From assembly GCF_001194135.2 (NCBI RefSeq), contig NC_068998.1:17458746-17522745 (forward strand): 64,000 nucleotides of DNA, read 5' to 3'. Made by a program: the position numbers and the translations under genes. Shown here piece after piece: positions 38,380 to 51,254 of this stretch; the stretch's first letter is position 1; the number at the start of each line of letters is the position of its first letter. The DNA is from Octopus bimaculoides. Lineage: Eukaryota. The notes under the pieces are model-generated. The model saw nothing but the letters and a program-made list of their open reading frames with translations. It made no database searches and was not told the DNA's origin.

Positions 38380-38650
38380 GTTTAATAACAGTCATCTGGT
38401 TATTCAACAGTTCCATTTTGTGCTTTGTAAGTTGAATAGATGTGAAATAAGCATCCAAGATGTTTTGTCCCACACAGAAACAGCAGGAGCTACTTAAAGA
38501 TATTCCAACCTCTTCTGGTGGCAGTGACTAAAACCATCACAGTGTTGAAAACACCTTCCATATCTTCTGCAAGTATTCACCTAGCAGGGCAATGAGGATT
38601 GAATTGTCCTTTGCTTTGTTCTTACTATATCACTTAGGTATTGGATTTTC
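38380..38650 (-). pseudogene. Possible very old RTE ORF2 remnant
   Basis: minus translation fragments GVFNTVMVLVT..GWNI and LDAYFTS resemble the RTE C-terminal region. Confidence 0.3.
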
Positions 38651-40209
38651 AGCCTTTAGTTTTTGTATTTCAAGAATTTTTGCCTCTCAAGTTCATTATG
38701 TGCATTTTTTGGTTATGTATGCTTCTGTTGATCCATAGAAGAAAAACTGTACTAAGTAACATAGAGTAGTTAGATGAAGATAGTGAACTTTTTTATTCTA
38801 ATGTGAGGTTGTTTAATTATTAATAATAATGAAATAGATTAAATAATCAAAGCCACTTTCTAATTTAGAGTTCACTTCCTACTGAAAAAAGGGAGGTTCA
38901 AATAATGGCTTTGAATAATGAAATCAGCAACAAAAGAAGCACACAAATTGTTGTGATGATGGTAGAAAAAAAACTGACGGAAAGGCTTCAGTGTTGAAAT
39001 GAAGAGTAAAATTTGAGAATAAATGATTCAAGGTTTCCCTCTCTCTGCATGAAAAAAAATTTAATGCCTTATTTTCATGCCTCTGGATCCTTTATTCTCA
39101 AAACTTCTACTTTTCAATCTTAGTCAACGTACAATCTTGTACATTTACTTAGTGTTTCTTTCATTACTACTTTAACATGCACATGTTTTGCTGATGAGAT
39201 CATAATAAGACTGAAAATAGATTAACACTAAATTATTACTTTAGTACGGTGTAGCCTATTATTGTAACTGTGGTGTAGCTTGTGAGAAAGCCTCTAACAC
39301 TTAGAATAAAATACATATATTAGGCAGTTTCACTTGCCAATTTCCCAGCTGTTCTAGTTTTTTCGCTTTTTTAAAATGTATGTGAAGAATGACAGTCAGT
39401 GTTTTCCACAGTTGGTATCATCAATGTATGATTTCAGAATTTATCTGAAGATTGTTTAGAGAAGTTACACTTGTTACTATGAGCTGATAGGCTTGATATT
39501 TAGAATCTTTCAGAAAGTGCTGATGGATAATTGTTTTTAGTGCATTGAAATGTTACTGAATAAGAGCAATTGAACAATAAAAAGACCATTACGTGTGTGT
39601 GTGTGTGTAGTTAGGAGCAGGAGATATTTCGTTTTTGCTAGGTGTTGGAGATATCATGTGAATAGCTTAAAAAAGAAACCAATTGTAATTTATGAACACA
39701 TTGTTTGGCTTCAATACCATCAGTCCATTAATTTATCAAGAAGAAAATGTTTGTTGAACTCTGTTGTTGAAGGAATTGGGCAGGTTAGTGAGGATATATT
39801 AAATGTTGCTGAAGATGAAATAAGATGGAAAAGTGACAGCTTCAGTAGCAGAACTGCTACAAAAACACTCCATTCAATAAAAAAAAAAAGGAAAATTGGA
39901 GGATCCACTAAAATCAGTTAAGAGGCACTTAACTACTCATGCAATGTTATAACTATAGCTGAGGAAATACAGGCATATATGAGTTTGTGTTCAAATCAAT
40001 ATGATATAGCTTTGTTAATAGTACTAATGGATAAGAAGCAGTGACAGTATGAATTTGATATATGGGGTTTGAGGAGGCAGCAGTGTTTGTAATAGTTAGT
40101 AGGAATTGTATTTTACTGGAATATACAGTGCATGGGTTAATGAGTAGTGAGAAGACATGAGTATCTTTCAGTAGATTGGTTTTACTTACTGGTTTTTGAG
40201 GATGAGTCA

Positions 40210-40900
40210 GACTGTCTTTGGCCAGTAAAATTAATGCCATTAATGTTCCTATTGAATCATTGCATGTCAACACCTGTAGGAAAAACATGGGCAAGAAGGG
40301 AATTCTAGAGGGTTGATATTCTGGGAAGGACAAACTAATAACAATTAGTGCAAAACCTGGAGGGGTTGGATTAGACAAAGAAAGTTAGGGTGGGTCAGAA
40401 TGTCTGAGTGGAGGTTGTATGAGCCCAGTAGGCTCCAGCAAGCAGCAGCCAATATAGTAAAAGTAGAAAAGGCAGAGAGAGGAGACAGAGTACCTGTGAG
40501 CTAGAGGCTGGAACATGTCTGAGTGGCCTTATGCAAGTTAGTTGGATAATCCCATTTTGGATGCAGCCTAAGATGTCTGTATGTGCAGCAGTAGCAGCTC
40601 TGTCTCAGGTGTGAGAGCGATAATCCATTGACCTCACCTAAGCTTTGTACAGAATCAATAATTATTAGAAGTTGAAGTATCTTTTAACCTCAAAGAGAAG
40701 GATTAATTGTTGGAATGTGGTTTTACCTTTGTTAAGGATTTGTTTTTGACTGGTAAGGTCCTTGGTGATACTGAAACATAACATTTCAAGTGATTGTCAG
40801 AGGTTCCAGTTGTGAGTTGTTTATGACTAAGTGGAATGTAGTAAATATGATAATAATTTCTTAATGAGTAGCATTTCTTTTCTTGGACAAGATTGTCATA
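40210..40900 (-). pseudogene. CR1/L2-type LINE ORF2 C-terminal remnant (same family as 29820)
   Basis: LKML.FSITKDLT, LYKA.VR..MDY.SH.WD, FQPLAHRYSVSSLCLFYFYY.GCC, NSLLAHVFPTGVDMQ*FNRNINGINF. Confidence 0.8.
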
Positions 40901-41024
40901 TTCTTAGAGTTCTAATGTTAGAAGGAAAAGAGAGAAGATAACATGACAAGTGGTTGGATTAAAAGATTTACTGTAAAGAAAAGTTGTTTAACTTCAATTA
41001 AACTCTAATTGAGAAGACCTATAA

Positions 41025-41185
41025 TCAAATTTTCCAGCTATGACCATCCCATTTATGTTTCAGTCATAATGCATTGAAGATTACATTATCCAATACATAT
41101 TTTTTAAAGATGGTATGATGTGATTTTAGAGATTTGGTTGCTATTTTTAGTATGTCAAAAGACTACATGCAGATCTCCTCTTCTA
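41025..41185 (+). mobile_element. Dispersed repeat family C
   Basis: ccagctatgaccatccc..gattacattatccaat..aagatggtatgatgtgattttagagatttggttgctatttttag. Confidence 0.65.
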
Positions 41186-42890
41186 ACAATATACAGGATA
41201 TTCTTTTACTAAAAAGAAAATTGTAAATGAAATCAGTGAGCCATTTTAAATGTGAGTGCAGTGCTCCATGAAATGTATTTGTATCTTAACTTCTTAGAGC
41301 ACTACAGATACTGAAAGTTGTAGTGTTTATTTACTTGCAATGAAATCTTGTTTCTAATATGCTTTGTCAATGTATGTGTGAGGTTACTAAATAAGCTTGC
41401 TGAAGGTAGTCTTATCAACTGAGTAAATAAGAAGTTTCTGGTAAGTTGCTCACCAAGAAACGAGTCTATGTAGTTTTTTTTTTATGGTAAACATTACCAA
41501 TGAGTCAGATCATTTAACTTCATAAGCAGCTTCTATGGAGCTGTATGTGTACAGATAAAATTTGACACTTATGCTAGCACGGATGAAAATCAAAGTGCTT
41601 TTATATAAATTTCCTGTGAATGTATTTTACATCTGATAGCCAGAAATATCAACTGAGATATAGCACAGTTCAAACAAAATATTTGGCTACAGTGTTTGCA
41701 TTGAAAATTTTAAATATTATTCCAATTATGTACAATTATTTTAGTATGTCAGTGTAAATTTGTATAAACATAATTTTGACTGTAAGTAGTTCTATGTATA
41801 TCTTATATCATGTTGGAAGATTTGAATGTGACATTTAGACCTGAGGCTATAGTTTGGTGATTCTGTTAAGACTATTAGCCATAAGTAGAAACTATATGAA
41901 CTTAAAAGTATCAAAAGATATGCATATATTTAAGTTTATATAAAATGTATTTACAATAAATCTTTCATAACCTATATACATATTTATATTTATGTGATTG
42001 AAATTTTTTTACTTTAGATTTTCGAAGATTTTAGAATCAAGTCTTCTGTGGTTCTTTGGCCATATATCAGAACTAGATAACATGATGCTATTTGAATTTT
42101 CTTTTTATATCTGCATATTGTCATTTCAAAATAAAGATGATCCTCTATTGATTATACTATCTGCCTCAAGAAAGGTTAGAGAAAAAATCCAATAATGAGC
42201 CTCTTATTGATTTATATATGTTATTAAAGAAAAATTAGTTTAATCTTGTTTACATTTTCAGTTAATTAGATTTGAAACTAAGATTGCACTGATGATCATG
42301 ATTCCTGTTTTACCCTACTTCTATGTGATTCTTATATGAATTCAGTGGCAATCATTAACCATTTATTCACACAGCTTTCTCGGTGACTGCAGAATGTGAT
42401 TTCACCAAAACATTTTCATCGATCAATCAACATTTATTCATTTTATGTTTTAACTATTTTTATTGATATATTTGCTGATCATTGGCAACTAAACATACAT
42501 GTGTATATATATATATATATATATATATGCCATTTGTTTTCTTTCATAAAATATCTAAAGAAACAATCTAGTTTGTATGCTGTTGGGATATGTTCCAGAT
42601 TAGGGTAACATATTTGTTCTTACTAAGATATTTCTTTAAACCAATTTATCACCCCTGATTTGGCACCACACAATTCTCTAGCTATTAAAGAAATTCATGT
42701 GAACTGAACATATTGATCTATATCATATCAGGTTGAGTGTTTCTCAGGGGTCTTGCATTGTATTTGATAGTAATTCAGGGTGAGGGGTTGGTAAGCTGTC
42801 AAGGGATTACATACACACACACACACTTGTGTGTGTTACACAAGCAAAAGAGATAGAACTCAATGCATAGAATACATATATCTTATTTAT

Positions 42891-42977
42891 AGCCATGAAG
42901 CTACATCAGTGAATCAAGAGCCTAGAGTTTCAACTCAAGTGCCAGAGTACTTGAGTCATGGATGTAGTTTCATGACT
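42891..42977. repeat. 28-bp imperfect inverted repeat (hairpin, 31-nt loop)
   Basis: 42891-42918 versus reverse complement of 42950-42977 = 23/28 (25/28 paired with G:U on +). Confidence 0.85.
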
Positions 42978-45479
42978 GCAAAGAAAAAGTATGTTACATC
43001 TGTTGATTAGAAATACAAACAAGGAAAGAAGTACTCAGTATTGTAGATTTTGTGTTAAGTTGATGTTTCATTCTGTAGATGCTTGGATTTTCACGTTTGC
43101 TCAACCTCTCTCTCTCTCTCTCTCTTTGTGAATCTCCCAAAAGAGTCAAGTACTTGTATTGATATAATTGACTACATTCTTGAATGGCTACAATACAATA
43201 ACTGAAATTCATACAAGATATATACTATATACATGTATACATACTTGCACATGTGTGCATCTCTGCATTGCAGAGACATCCAGCTGAAGTTGGAAAAGGA
43301 AAGTAAATTGTAAATCTATACATGGCACTTCAACCTTATTACAGATGAGAAATGGTGGTGTTCATGGCTTTCTATGTATTAAGTTTCTTATAAAATGACA
43401 GTGACTATGTTATAGATTTACCCTTGCAGCTGATGCCTTCTATTGTTAAGTTGTTTTTCTTTTTTTTTTCTTTTCCTACTCATTAAAATAGAAAGCACAT
43501 AATTAAAGCTAAGTAGCTAGCAATAATGGAAGATTTGAAAGGCCCTTGAACTGGGATTGCAAGTGATTAAACAAAACAAAACAAACAAACAAATAAATAA
43601 CATAAAAAAAGACAACTAAACCAATACTATTTTTCAAATCATTCATTTTTCTCCTTTAAAACAATTTTCAAAGAATGGATCTAAAAATTTTGAGAAAAAA
43701 AAATTACTCATGTTTTAATGGGTTCATTTTTAGATTAATTATCAAGTTTTATTACTCTGCAGTGTGCAAATTTTGTTATGAACTATAATAATTGAAACTA
43801 CCCTATCAACTTTGTATATTATATTTCATGTTCTATTTCTAATATACTCTAAAGCTGTCTTTCAAAGTGATAGTTCAGGAATGTGAAAAGGTAGAAAGCA
43901 ATTAACCAAGATGTCAGATGTTTCATATTCTGTCATTGGCACTATATTTTTCCATAATTAAGACCTTTAATTCTCAATAGTTAAGTTCAACTTGCTCTAC
44001 GTAAATACTGCCAATGACGTAACCCACTGCTGTCGTTAGTGGAAGCAGTGTAGGACTGACAAGTGATTTGTTAATCATAGTGCCAACCAATGTCAGAAAG
44101 GGAAAATAGATTGTAAAAATGACATGACACATCAGTCTTAGAATGGATAGGAAATGATCACTTCTAGATCTCTCATTTATTTAATGCTACAGATGCTGAA
44201 AATTATCAGCACTGGTTTTGTGGATCACTAGGATTCAGGAAACAATTTTGCTTCATCTTTCAAATGCATAGTCTCTTAACTAATAGCTTTCCTCTTCAAA
44301 TTCTTTGGTTCCTTGTATCTTTTCCAAAGAGGTGAAAAATGATGTATCTCAAACTTTGTTGTTGTTAATCAAAATGGGAAATACTATTCTTGACTGAAGT
44401 AACCATCTCAATAACCTGGTTTGAACCCAGTAGCATACAACTGTAGCAGCTTTGACAAAGGTCGTTTGTTTTACTATTGTGTTGCTAAATCTAAATATCC
44501 TGTTAGCCAAGAGACTAGTTTTTATTATTTTATTATATTTTCCTGTTTACATTTTGTCCTGTTTGTGTTTATTTTGATTTTTGGGTTTTTTTACACTCAA
44601 CATGCAGAAATCAACAACCACCTAATCAGAGTAGGATCAATATTTACACATACACACACACATGCATACATTACTCTTTTAATTTTTTCATCAGCTTGTA
44701 TTATTTGAATATGTTTTCGATACTTCACTAGTGTTTTACAATTGTGCAAATGTATGACAAGCTTCTTTTTATTAAGTTCATTTGGAAGCTGTCATGCTTG
44801 TTTATGTTAGATAAACAGACTAAGGCTATAAGAAAAATATTCATTTAAAATTCTTTCACATTTATCATTACTACAGTTCATGTTTATCCAAGTGAATCAG
44901 ACTTTACCTTGGTTTCACAAAGCCATTTGTGTTATACTTTTATTTGTTGCTAATATCATTGTAACAGCTTGCTCTATATTTAAATAATTCAATACATATG
45001 TATGAATGTTTGTATACTCTACAAATATTTGTCATTAGATGTATTTTTTGTCTTATTTTACTTAATGATTTTTAACTTTTTCAATAAATATTTTATGAAC
45101 ATTTTCTTAAAACATTTCAGTCAATTTGAACTATTTTCCTTATAATAGCATAATAACTTTCACTAAAGTTCAGCAAGGGCAGATAAAGTAGTTTCTAATA
45201 ATCTCATTTTACTATTCTGTCTTATTTCTTTGTAGTTTTCAGTTGCAGGATAATTTGTCTCCAACAATAAATAATTTAATAAGCTATTTTGAGAATAGAA
45301 ATGACCCTTGCAGGAAAATGTCAAAAGTAAAGCAAAATAACTTTTAAATATTTTTCAATCAGATCAACTGAGTCTTCTGATTGAAATCTTTCTTCTTTAA
45401 TTATTATTCCTTTCATTCGTATTCTAGAGATTTCTTTTAAGTGCTTTGCTTGTCCACACTGCTGGAATGTTTTTACAAA

Positions 45480-46707
45480 GACCAAAGTTTTAGTAAGTAG
45501 GAAGGTGAACACATCACACACCCCTTCAGGTAGGTGGCCCTCGATCTGTAGAAACAGTGTAGGTAGAAACTCCATAAGCTATGGATACATAAGAGGTGCA
45601 GCAACATCAAAGGAAGATTAACCAGGAAGATGGCTTTCGTTTGCGGCAGATGCACAGGGGCAATAAACACCAGAGATGCTCATAAACAGATTCCATCACA
45701 TGCCAGGGGAAGAAACTAGAAGTAGTTGATAGTTTCCGCTACCTAGGTGACCAAGTCTGTAGTGGGGGTGGATGCTCAGAGTGTTACCACTAGAATAAGA
45801 ATAGCCTGGGCAAAGTTCAGAAAGCTTCTATCCCTACTGGTGACAAAGGGTCTCTTGCTCAGAGTGAAAGGTAGATTGTACAATGCACGTGTGCAAATTG
45901 CCATGCTTCACGGCAGTGAAACATGGGCCGTGACTGCTGAAGACATGCATAGGCTTGAAAGAAATGAAGCTAGCATGATCTGCTAGATGTGTAATGTCAG
46001 TGTGCACTCATGACAGAGTGTAAGCGCCCTGAGAGAAATGTTGGACATAAGAAGCATTGGATGTGGCATGCAAGAGAGACTTTTGCATTGGTATGGTCAT
46101 GTACTATGGATGGATGAGGAGAGCTATGTGAAGAAGTGTCACTCCCAAACGGAAGGAATCTGAGGTAGAGGGAGACCCAGGAAGACATGGGATGAGGTGG
46201 TGAAGCATGACCTTTGAACTTTGGGCCTCACAGAGGCAATGACAGAAGACCAAGACCTCTCAAGATATGCTGTGACTGAGAAGACCCTGCAAATAAAGTG
46301 AGTTCACAGCTGTAACTTACACCAGTGTCATATAACCAGCCCACTCAAAAGTACCTTGGATCGTAGGGCAACATGCTGTGCTTGAGGAACCCTATTGAGT
46401 CAAGTACATCAAAATCAAATCAAATCACAATCAAATGGAAATTGTAGTCATGGTCCTCGTGCTGGTGGCACGTAAAAAGCACCATCCAATCTTGGTCGAT
46501 GCCAGCCCCCTCTGGCCCCTGTGCCAGTGGCACGTAAAAAAGCACCCACTACACTCTTGGAGTGGTTGGCGTTAGGAAGGGCATCCAGCTGTAGAAACAC
46601 TGTCAGATCAGACTGGAGCCTGATACAGCCTCCTGGCTTCCCAGATCCCAGTCGAACAGTCCAACCGATACCAGCATGGAAAATGGATGTTAAATGATGA
46701 TGATGAT
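45480..46707 (+). mobile_element. RTE-clade LINE, 5'-truncated: degenerate ORF2 C-terminus plus complete 3' UTR and (GAT)n tail
   Basis: TKVLVSRK..PSGRWP..LW.HKRCSNIKGRL..LEVVDSFRYLGD..RIRIAWAKFRKLL..KGRLYNA..MLHGSETWAVTAEDMHRLERNEASM..RGRPRKTWDEVVKHDL; several frameshifts and stops; ORF track 45747..45986 is part of it. Confidence 0.95.
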
Positions 46708-48378
46708 CATGCATTTAGATAGGTTAAATGATGATTTCATGAAAATCAGGGCAAGGCTAGCATTTGGTTTAATTTTTTTTTTTAAATGTGCTACTTTACA
46801 AGGAAGATATTAGTTTACTCTTAATTCTTAAACCTTCATCTTGATCTAAACTGTATAGTGACAGTCTTCATGTTGATATGAGCTTCATTCATATCTACAG
46901 TATAGTGTCTGCCAATGTCTATATTCTGTCTTTCCATCTGTGAGGACCAACATTCTCAAGTTTGATATATAAACTACTTTCTATATCCTTCTTAGTTCAT
47001 CCCTACCAACCTATGTTACTTTTCAACACAAAAGGTTGTTCACTTTTGAGTAGATATCTTTGAGCTGTTCAGTCATTGACCAATGTATGCAAGCAAAATG
47101 ATTAAATGAATGCAGTCTCATCTAGTTCCATTCATCATAAGTGAAGGTGATAAATATATAATTTTTTAATTAAAACATTTGACGTCAAACACTATTAATC
47201 TTTCTTTTATATGTTTATTATTTTTATTTCTCTTTTTGTTAACTTTTTGCTTAATTATTCCAAATCTTAATAGTTTAATGAAATATTAAATTTTCATTAA
47301 CCTGATAAAATGGATAAGTGTGAGAAAATGAAAAATATTTCTTTTAATTTCCATTAATCATTTGAAATGTTTTGAAAGTAGTCACTTAAAATTATAAACA
47401 CATTTTTTTAAAGCCTATGCTTCATTTTATTTCACTCTATTATAATATATTCACTGCTGTTTTTATTTATTTATTTATTTGTACATTTTAAAGATAAGTT
47501 TAAGCTGCCAATAAACACTTTAATGTCACACTTTTATCTCCAACTAATGATTTTTTTTTTTTCGCAAACCATGCATTATCTAAGAAAGAAGAAAGGAAGA
47601 CAATTTTTATGGTTTTTAGTCATAATAAAGCAACAAAAAGTAAAGTTGCCTCATCAATATTAAGGACCTATTAGCATTTTCTTTCTGACTGAATCAAAGG
47701 TAGATTAGTTTCATTCTGAATTTATTAATGTTCATGAATACTGTAATCCTAGAGAGCAAGGAAGATCTGGCAAGATTCTGTAGTTTACCCAAGGTGACTA
47801 CATGATTACCTCTGTCTAGTGTCAGGAAGATATTCACTGCTTCGTTGCAATTGGTAAAAATTTCAATATTTACCTTATGATATGAATTTCAAATCAACCG
47901 TATTGAACTGTGATCACAACCTTGATCAAATAATTGGCAATAAAAAAAAATACTAGGTCCATACTGATTAACTGTGTTACTACTTCATAAAAAAAAGAAA
48001 CACCTTTCTTGCCTTCTCATAGTTCCGTTTCTCTTTAGCCTTAATTACTGATTCCGCATTTGTACTTGAAATAAGGTTTGTAGATTGTACACTATTTGTT
48101 TTTGATCACCCCCACCACAGAATTACATATTTTTGTGCAATGCTTATGAATACAAACCTACTTACTTAATTCCTCTTGAAAAATCTAAACCAATGCGTTA
48201 TACAAGCAGAATAAACTATTAGTGCATCAATATGAATTTAAACTATTAAATGGCCTACCAAATTTGAGTACATCACACTACTGAACTGTAACCTCTACTT
48301 TTTCTAGTTTAAAGTTAAAAATATATTTTATTCTTATGTATTTTATAACTTTAAATTTTGATTAACCCATTACCTACC

Positions 48379-48400
48379 AGTGATCTCATATGAGATCACT
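48379..48400. repeat. Perfect 22-bp palindrome
   Basis: AGTGATCTCAT|ATGAGATCACT. Confidence 0.98.
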
Positions 48401-49280
48401 TAAAAATTACAAATTTTGTAATTATCTGTCAATATTTACACATATCTAACCTTTTTGCTATATCTACTAGGTATATTTCTCTGATATTTAAATGAGGTTT
48501 GCTAATTTTTCACCCAATATCTCGCTTATTTCTATTTAAAATGTTATTTTGATCATCCCAGCATGTTTCTAAGGCTGTTTTATGCTAGAAATCAAAGTTT
48601 CATAAAAAAAATTCCAGTTAATAGAATTATGGGAGGTAATGGGTTAAATTCTATTCAATTTAAGCAGTGTCTCTTTTTCATGCCCATGCTTTTATTATGT
48701 ACTGAAGAATTTCTTCATTATTAGCATATATCAGTAATGTAAATCACATTTAAATAATATGTGGCTAACCATACACCACCAGTGGACTAACAGAACTAAC
48801 AATTGCCATTAGATGAACCCACTGCACACAGTATTTCATAGCTCTGGGAATGAAGTGTATACATTAGTCCAGTAGTTTGCAAATTTGTTTCAATGCAGAA
48901 CATATGATTTTCCAAAGATCATGGAACTTGTACCTCTCTTTTATGTACAACTTCTGTCATCTCAATTTAATTATGATATTAATTAAATGAAGCACAAATT
49001 ATTTTTGAGAGAGAATATATTCATAGAAAAAGAAACAACTTACTCTGAAAATGGCAAAGCATACTTGTTTTAAAAATCAAATTTCTATTCTTTTTTAAGA
49101 CTTATGGAACCCCAGAATTTTTCCATGGAACTCACTTTGAGAAAACATGCATAAGTTGTTAGATGCCTAAGGGCTACTACCTACATGTATTCATTTTAAC
49201 TGATTTATTGTATATACATGTGTGTGAGTGGGTGTTTTTTCTAATATGAAAATGTTGGTCAAAATTGTGGGATGATTTTG

Positions 49281-49343
49281 ACTCTTTTACTCTTTTACTT
49301 GTTTCAGTCATTTGACTGTGGCCATGCTGGAGCACCGCCTTTT
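49281..49343 (-). mobile_element. Isolated SINE family A 3' tail
   Basis: actcttttactcttttacttgtttcagtcatttgactgtggccatgctggagcaccgcc. Confidence 0.85.
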
Positions 49344-49863
49344 GCTGAATTTTTGAATTGAATTTCTGACTTTATACAATAATATAGTAGTTTTTTATTA
49401 CCCAATCCCAAATGAAAGTATTAGGTGTCTGTATGAGTTCATATTAATTGTATGATCCCATATGGAGTGTATCTGTAAGTGAAAATTGTGCAGGAATTTT
49501 TTTTGTTTTTTAATGGGATTTGTTTTTTATGCTTTTTCTTTAGCCTCCTTCTTCATGACTTCAGATCCTAGCTATCAATTTTGCTTATAAGTAGAAAACA
49601 AATGTTATGAAAGATGTATTTTATTTACATTTATAGAATTACTCATAATGGCATTTGTTTTTCTCTATGGGCTTTTGGAAATTTTTGTATTTACATCTTA
49701 TTGTACTGCAATAATGCTTTAATGGAACATATACATTTAGTACATTGTAAAATTGAGCAATGACGCATCCTTTGTGTTGAGTGTTATTACATGTAAAGTT
49801 ATAAAATTCTATAGTTATGGCTACTATAACTATTGTTTTACACACACATGTGTATATAGACAT

Positions 49864-49969
49864 CTTAATTGACATTTTTTTTCGCAGGTTACATAATCCA
49901 ATATTGTATGAAATAACTTGACTGCCCCAGATAACATTGAGGAATTACCAGCACCATTGTAAGGTAAAC
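49864..49969 (+). other. Candidate 76-nt non-coding/poison exon (49888-49963)
   Basis: cttaattgac branch-like, t8cgcag acceptor, taag|gtaaac donor; stops in all three frames. Confidence 0.4.
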
Positions 49970-50679
49970 TATTTGATTGTGTTTTATAATGATTTTGTGT
50001 AAGAGAAGAAACATTTGGTTCATTAGATTTTCCCTTCCCTCAATACTTTAACATTATATTAAAGGGATGGTGCATGCTGTTTCATGCTTTACTCGAGTCT
50101 TTAGAATTCTCTTGTCTAACATTGCAGTAAAAAAAAAAAAGAAAATCTTTTTTTTTTTTCAAAATCATTCCTATAGGAATAGATTATGATTTATTTTAGT
50201 ATCTTAAATCCAACTGATTTGTTCATATATTCAAATTTTTAAATTTTCATTTTACTTTATATCCCACAATAGAAATAGATAAAAAGATGAGCTTAATGCT
50301 ACTTTTCAAAGATATAGCAAGGATACAGTATTGTTCTTAAAAAATGTTATGTAGAATCACTGACTTTTAAACATTCAGATTTAGCCAGATACAAGTGGCA
50401 TGTGAGTTTTCAGTGGATTTTCTACCAACATTGTCTTGATAAATAAACATACTAAATCTCTTTTTTTTTTTCCTTTTTTTTTTTTTGTTATACATATATC
50501 ATCTCTTAGTGAGTGGGGAGGGGATCTTTTAAATGCCTTCAAGATTGGTGGAATGGAAGAAGATATTTTCAAACTAGACACCTGGCCTAAATGCTTGCAT
50601 CAGAATAACCCCCCCCCCCCCACTTTTGAGGGACTCGAGTATATCATAGCTGGAAAAAACTACAAGACATCCAGTATGT

Positions 50680-50790
50680 TGGTCTAACAATTTTACCAGT
50701 TCATTTCCCTTGATTGATACTTTATCAATCGTGAAAGGATGAAAGCCAAAGTTGATCTCTACAAGATTTGAACTCTGAACACAATAATCA
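50680..50790 (-). mobile_element. SINE family E remnant
   Basis: gatactttatcaatc..aaggatgaaagccaaagttga..gatttgaactc. Confidence 0.6.
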
Positions 50791-51254
50791 TTTTGTTGAT
50801 ACAGTTACAGTTCTGCTACCATGTTAAACTATATGGCACTGCTTGTATGTTACATATTACCGATTTTGACACTGATCTAGTCAAGAAGACAATCCACTTA
50901 ATTTACCTGATAAGATTTGCAATTTTTCATTCATCATCATTGTCTTAACAACCATTTGCCACACTGGTGTGTTGTAGTCCCAGAGTTGCAAACTGGTCTA
51001 GAATTCCAAGAATTCTTTTCAGCTGTTTTTTCCGAACACATTAAACTGATTGATGCTGTAATCTGAGATGCTTTGGTAGTAAAGCATAGAACTTGACACC
51101 AATAGATATAATGCATTTTTGCCTGTATTATGAACCATAGAAGTTGGTGGACACTCTGATGATATAAATGCCCATTTAGATCTCATTGTTCAGTAAATCA
51201 TTGATTAAGGATAATCAAGTACACATTTTGGAAAATATAATATATTCTCCTTTT

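Noticed and set aside
39595-39921. 108-aa ORF
   Set aside because: Starts in a (TG)n run, has no splice boundaries or homology, and the opposite-strand ORF is equally uninformative.
44015-44022. CRE/ATF-like TGACGTAA site with nearby CpGs
   Set aside because: A single 8-mer with no promoter context.
48895-49150. hAT/Charlie-like MITE ends (catggaac..tttgagaaaacatg)
   Set aside because: TIRs are too decayed and no 8-bp TSD is visible.
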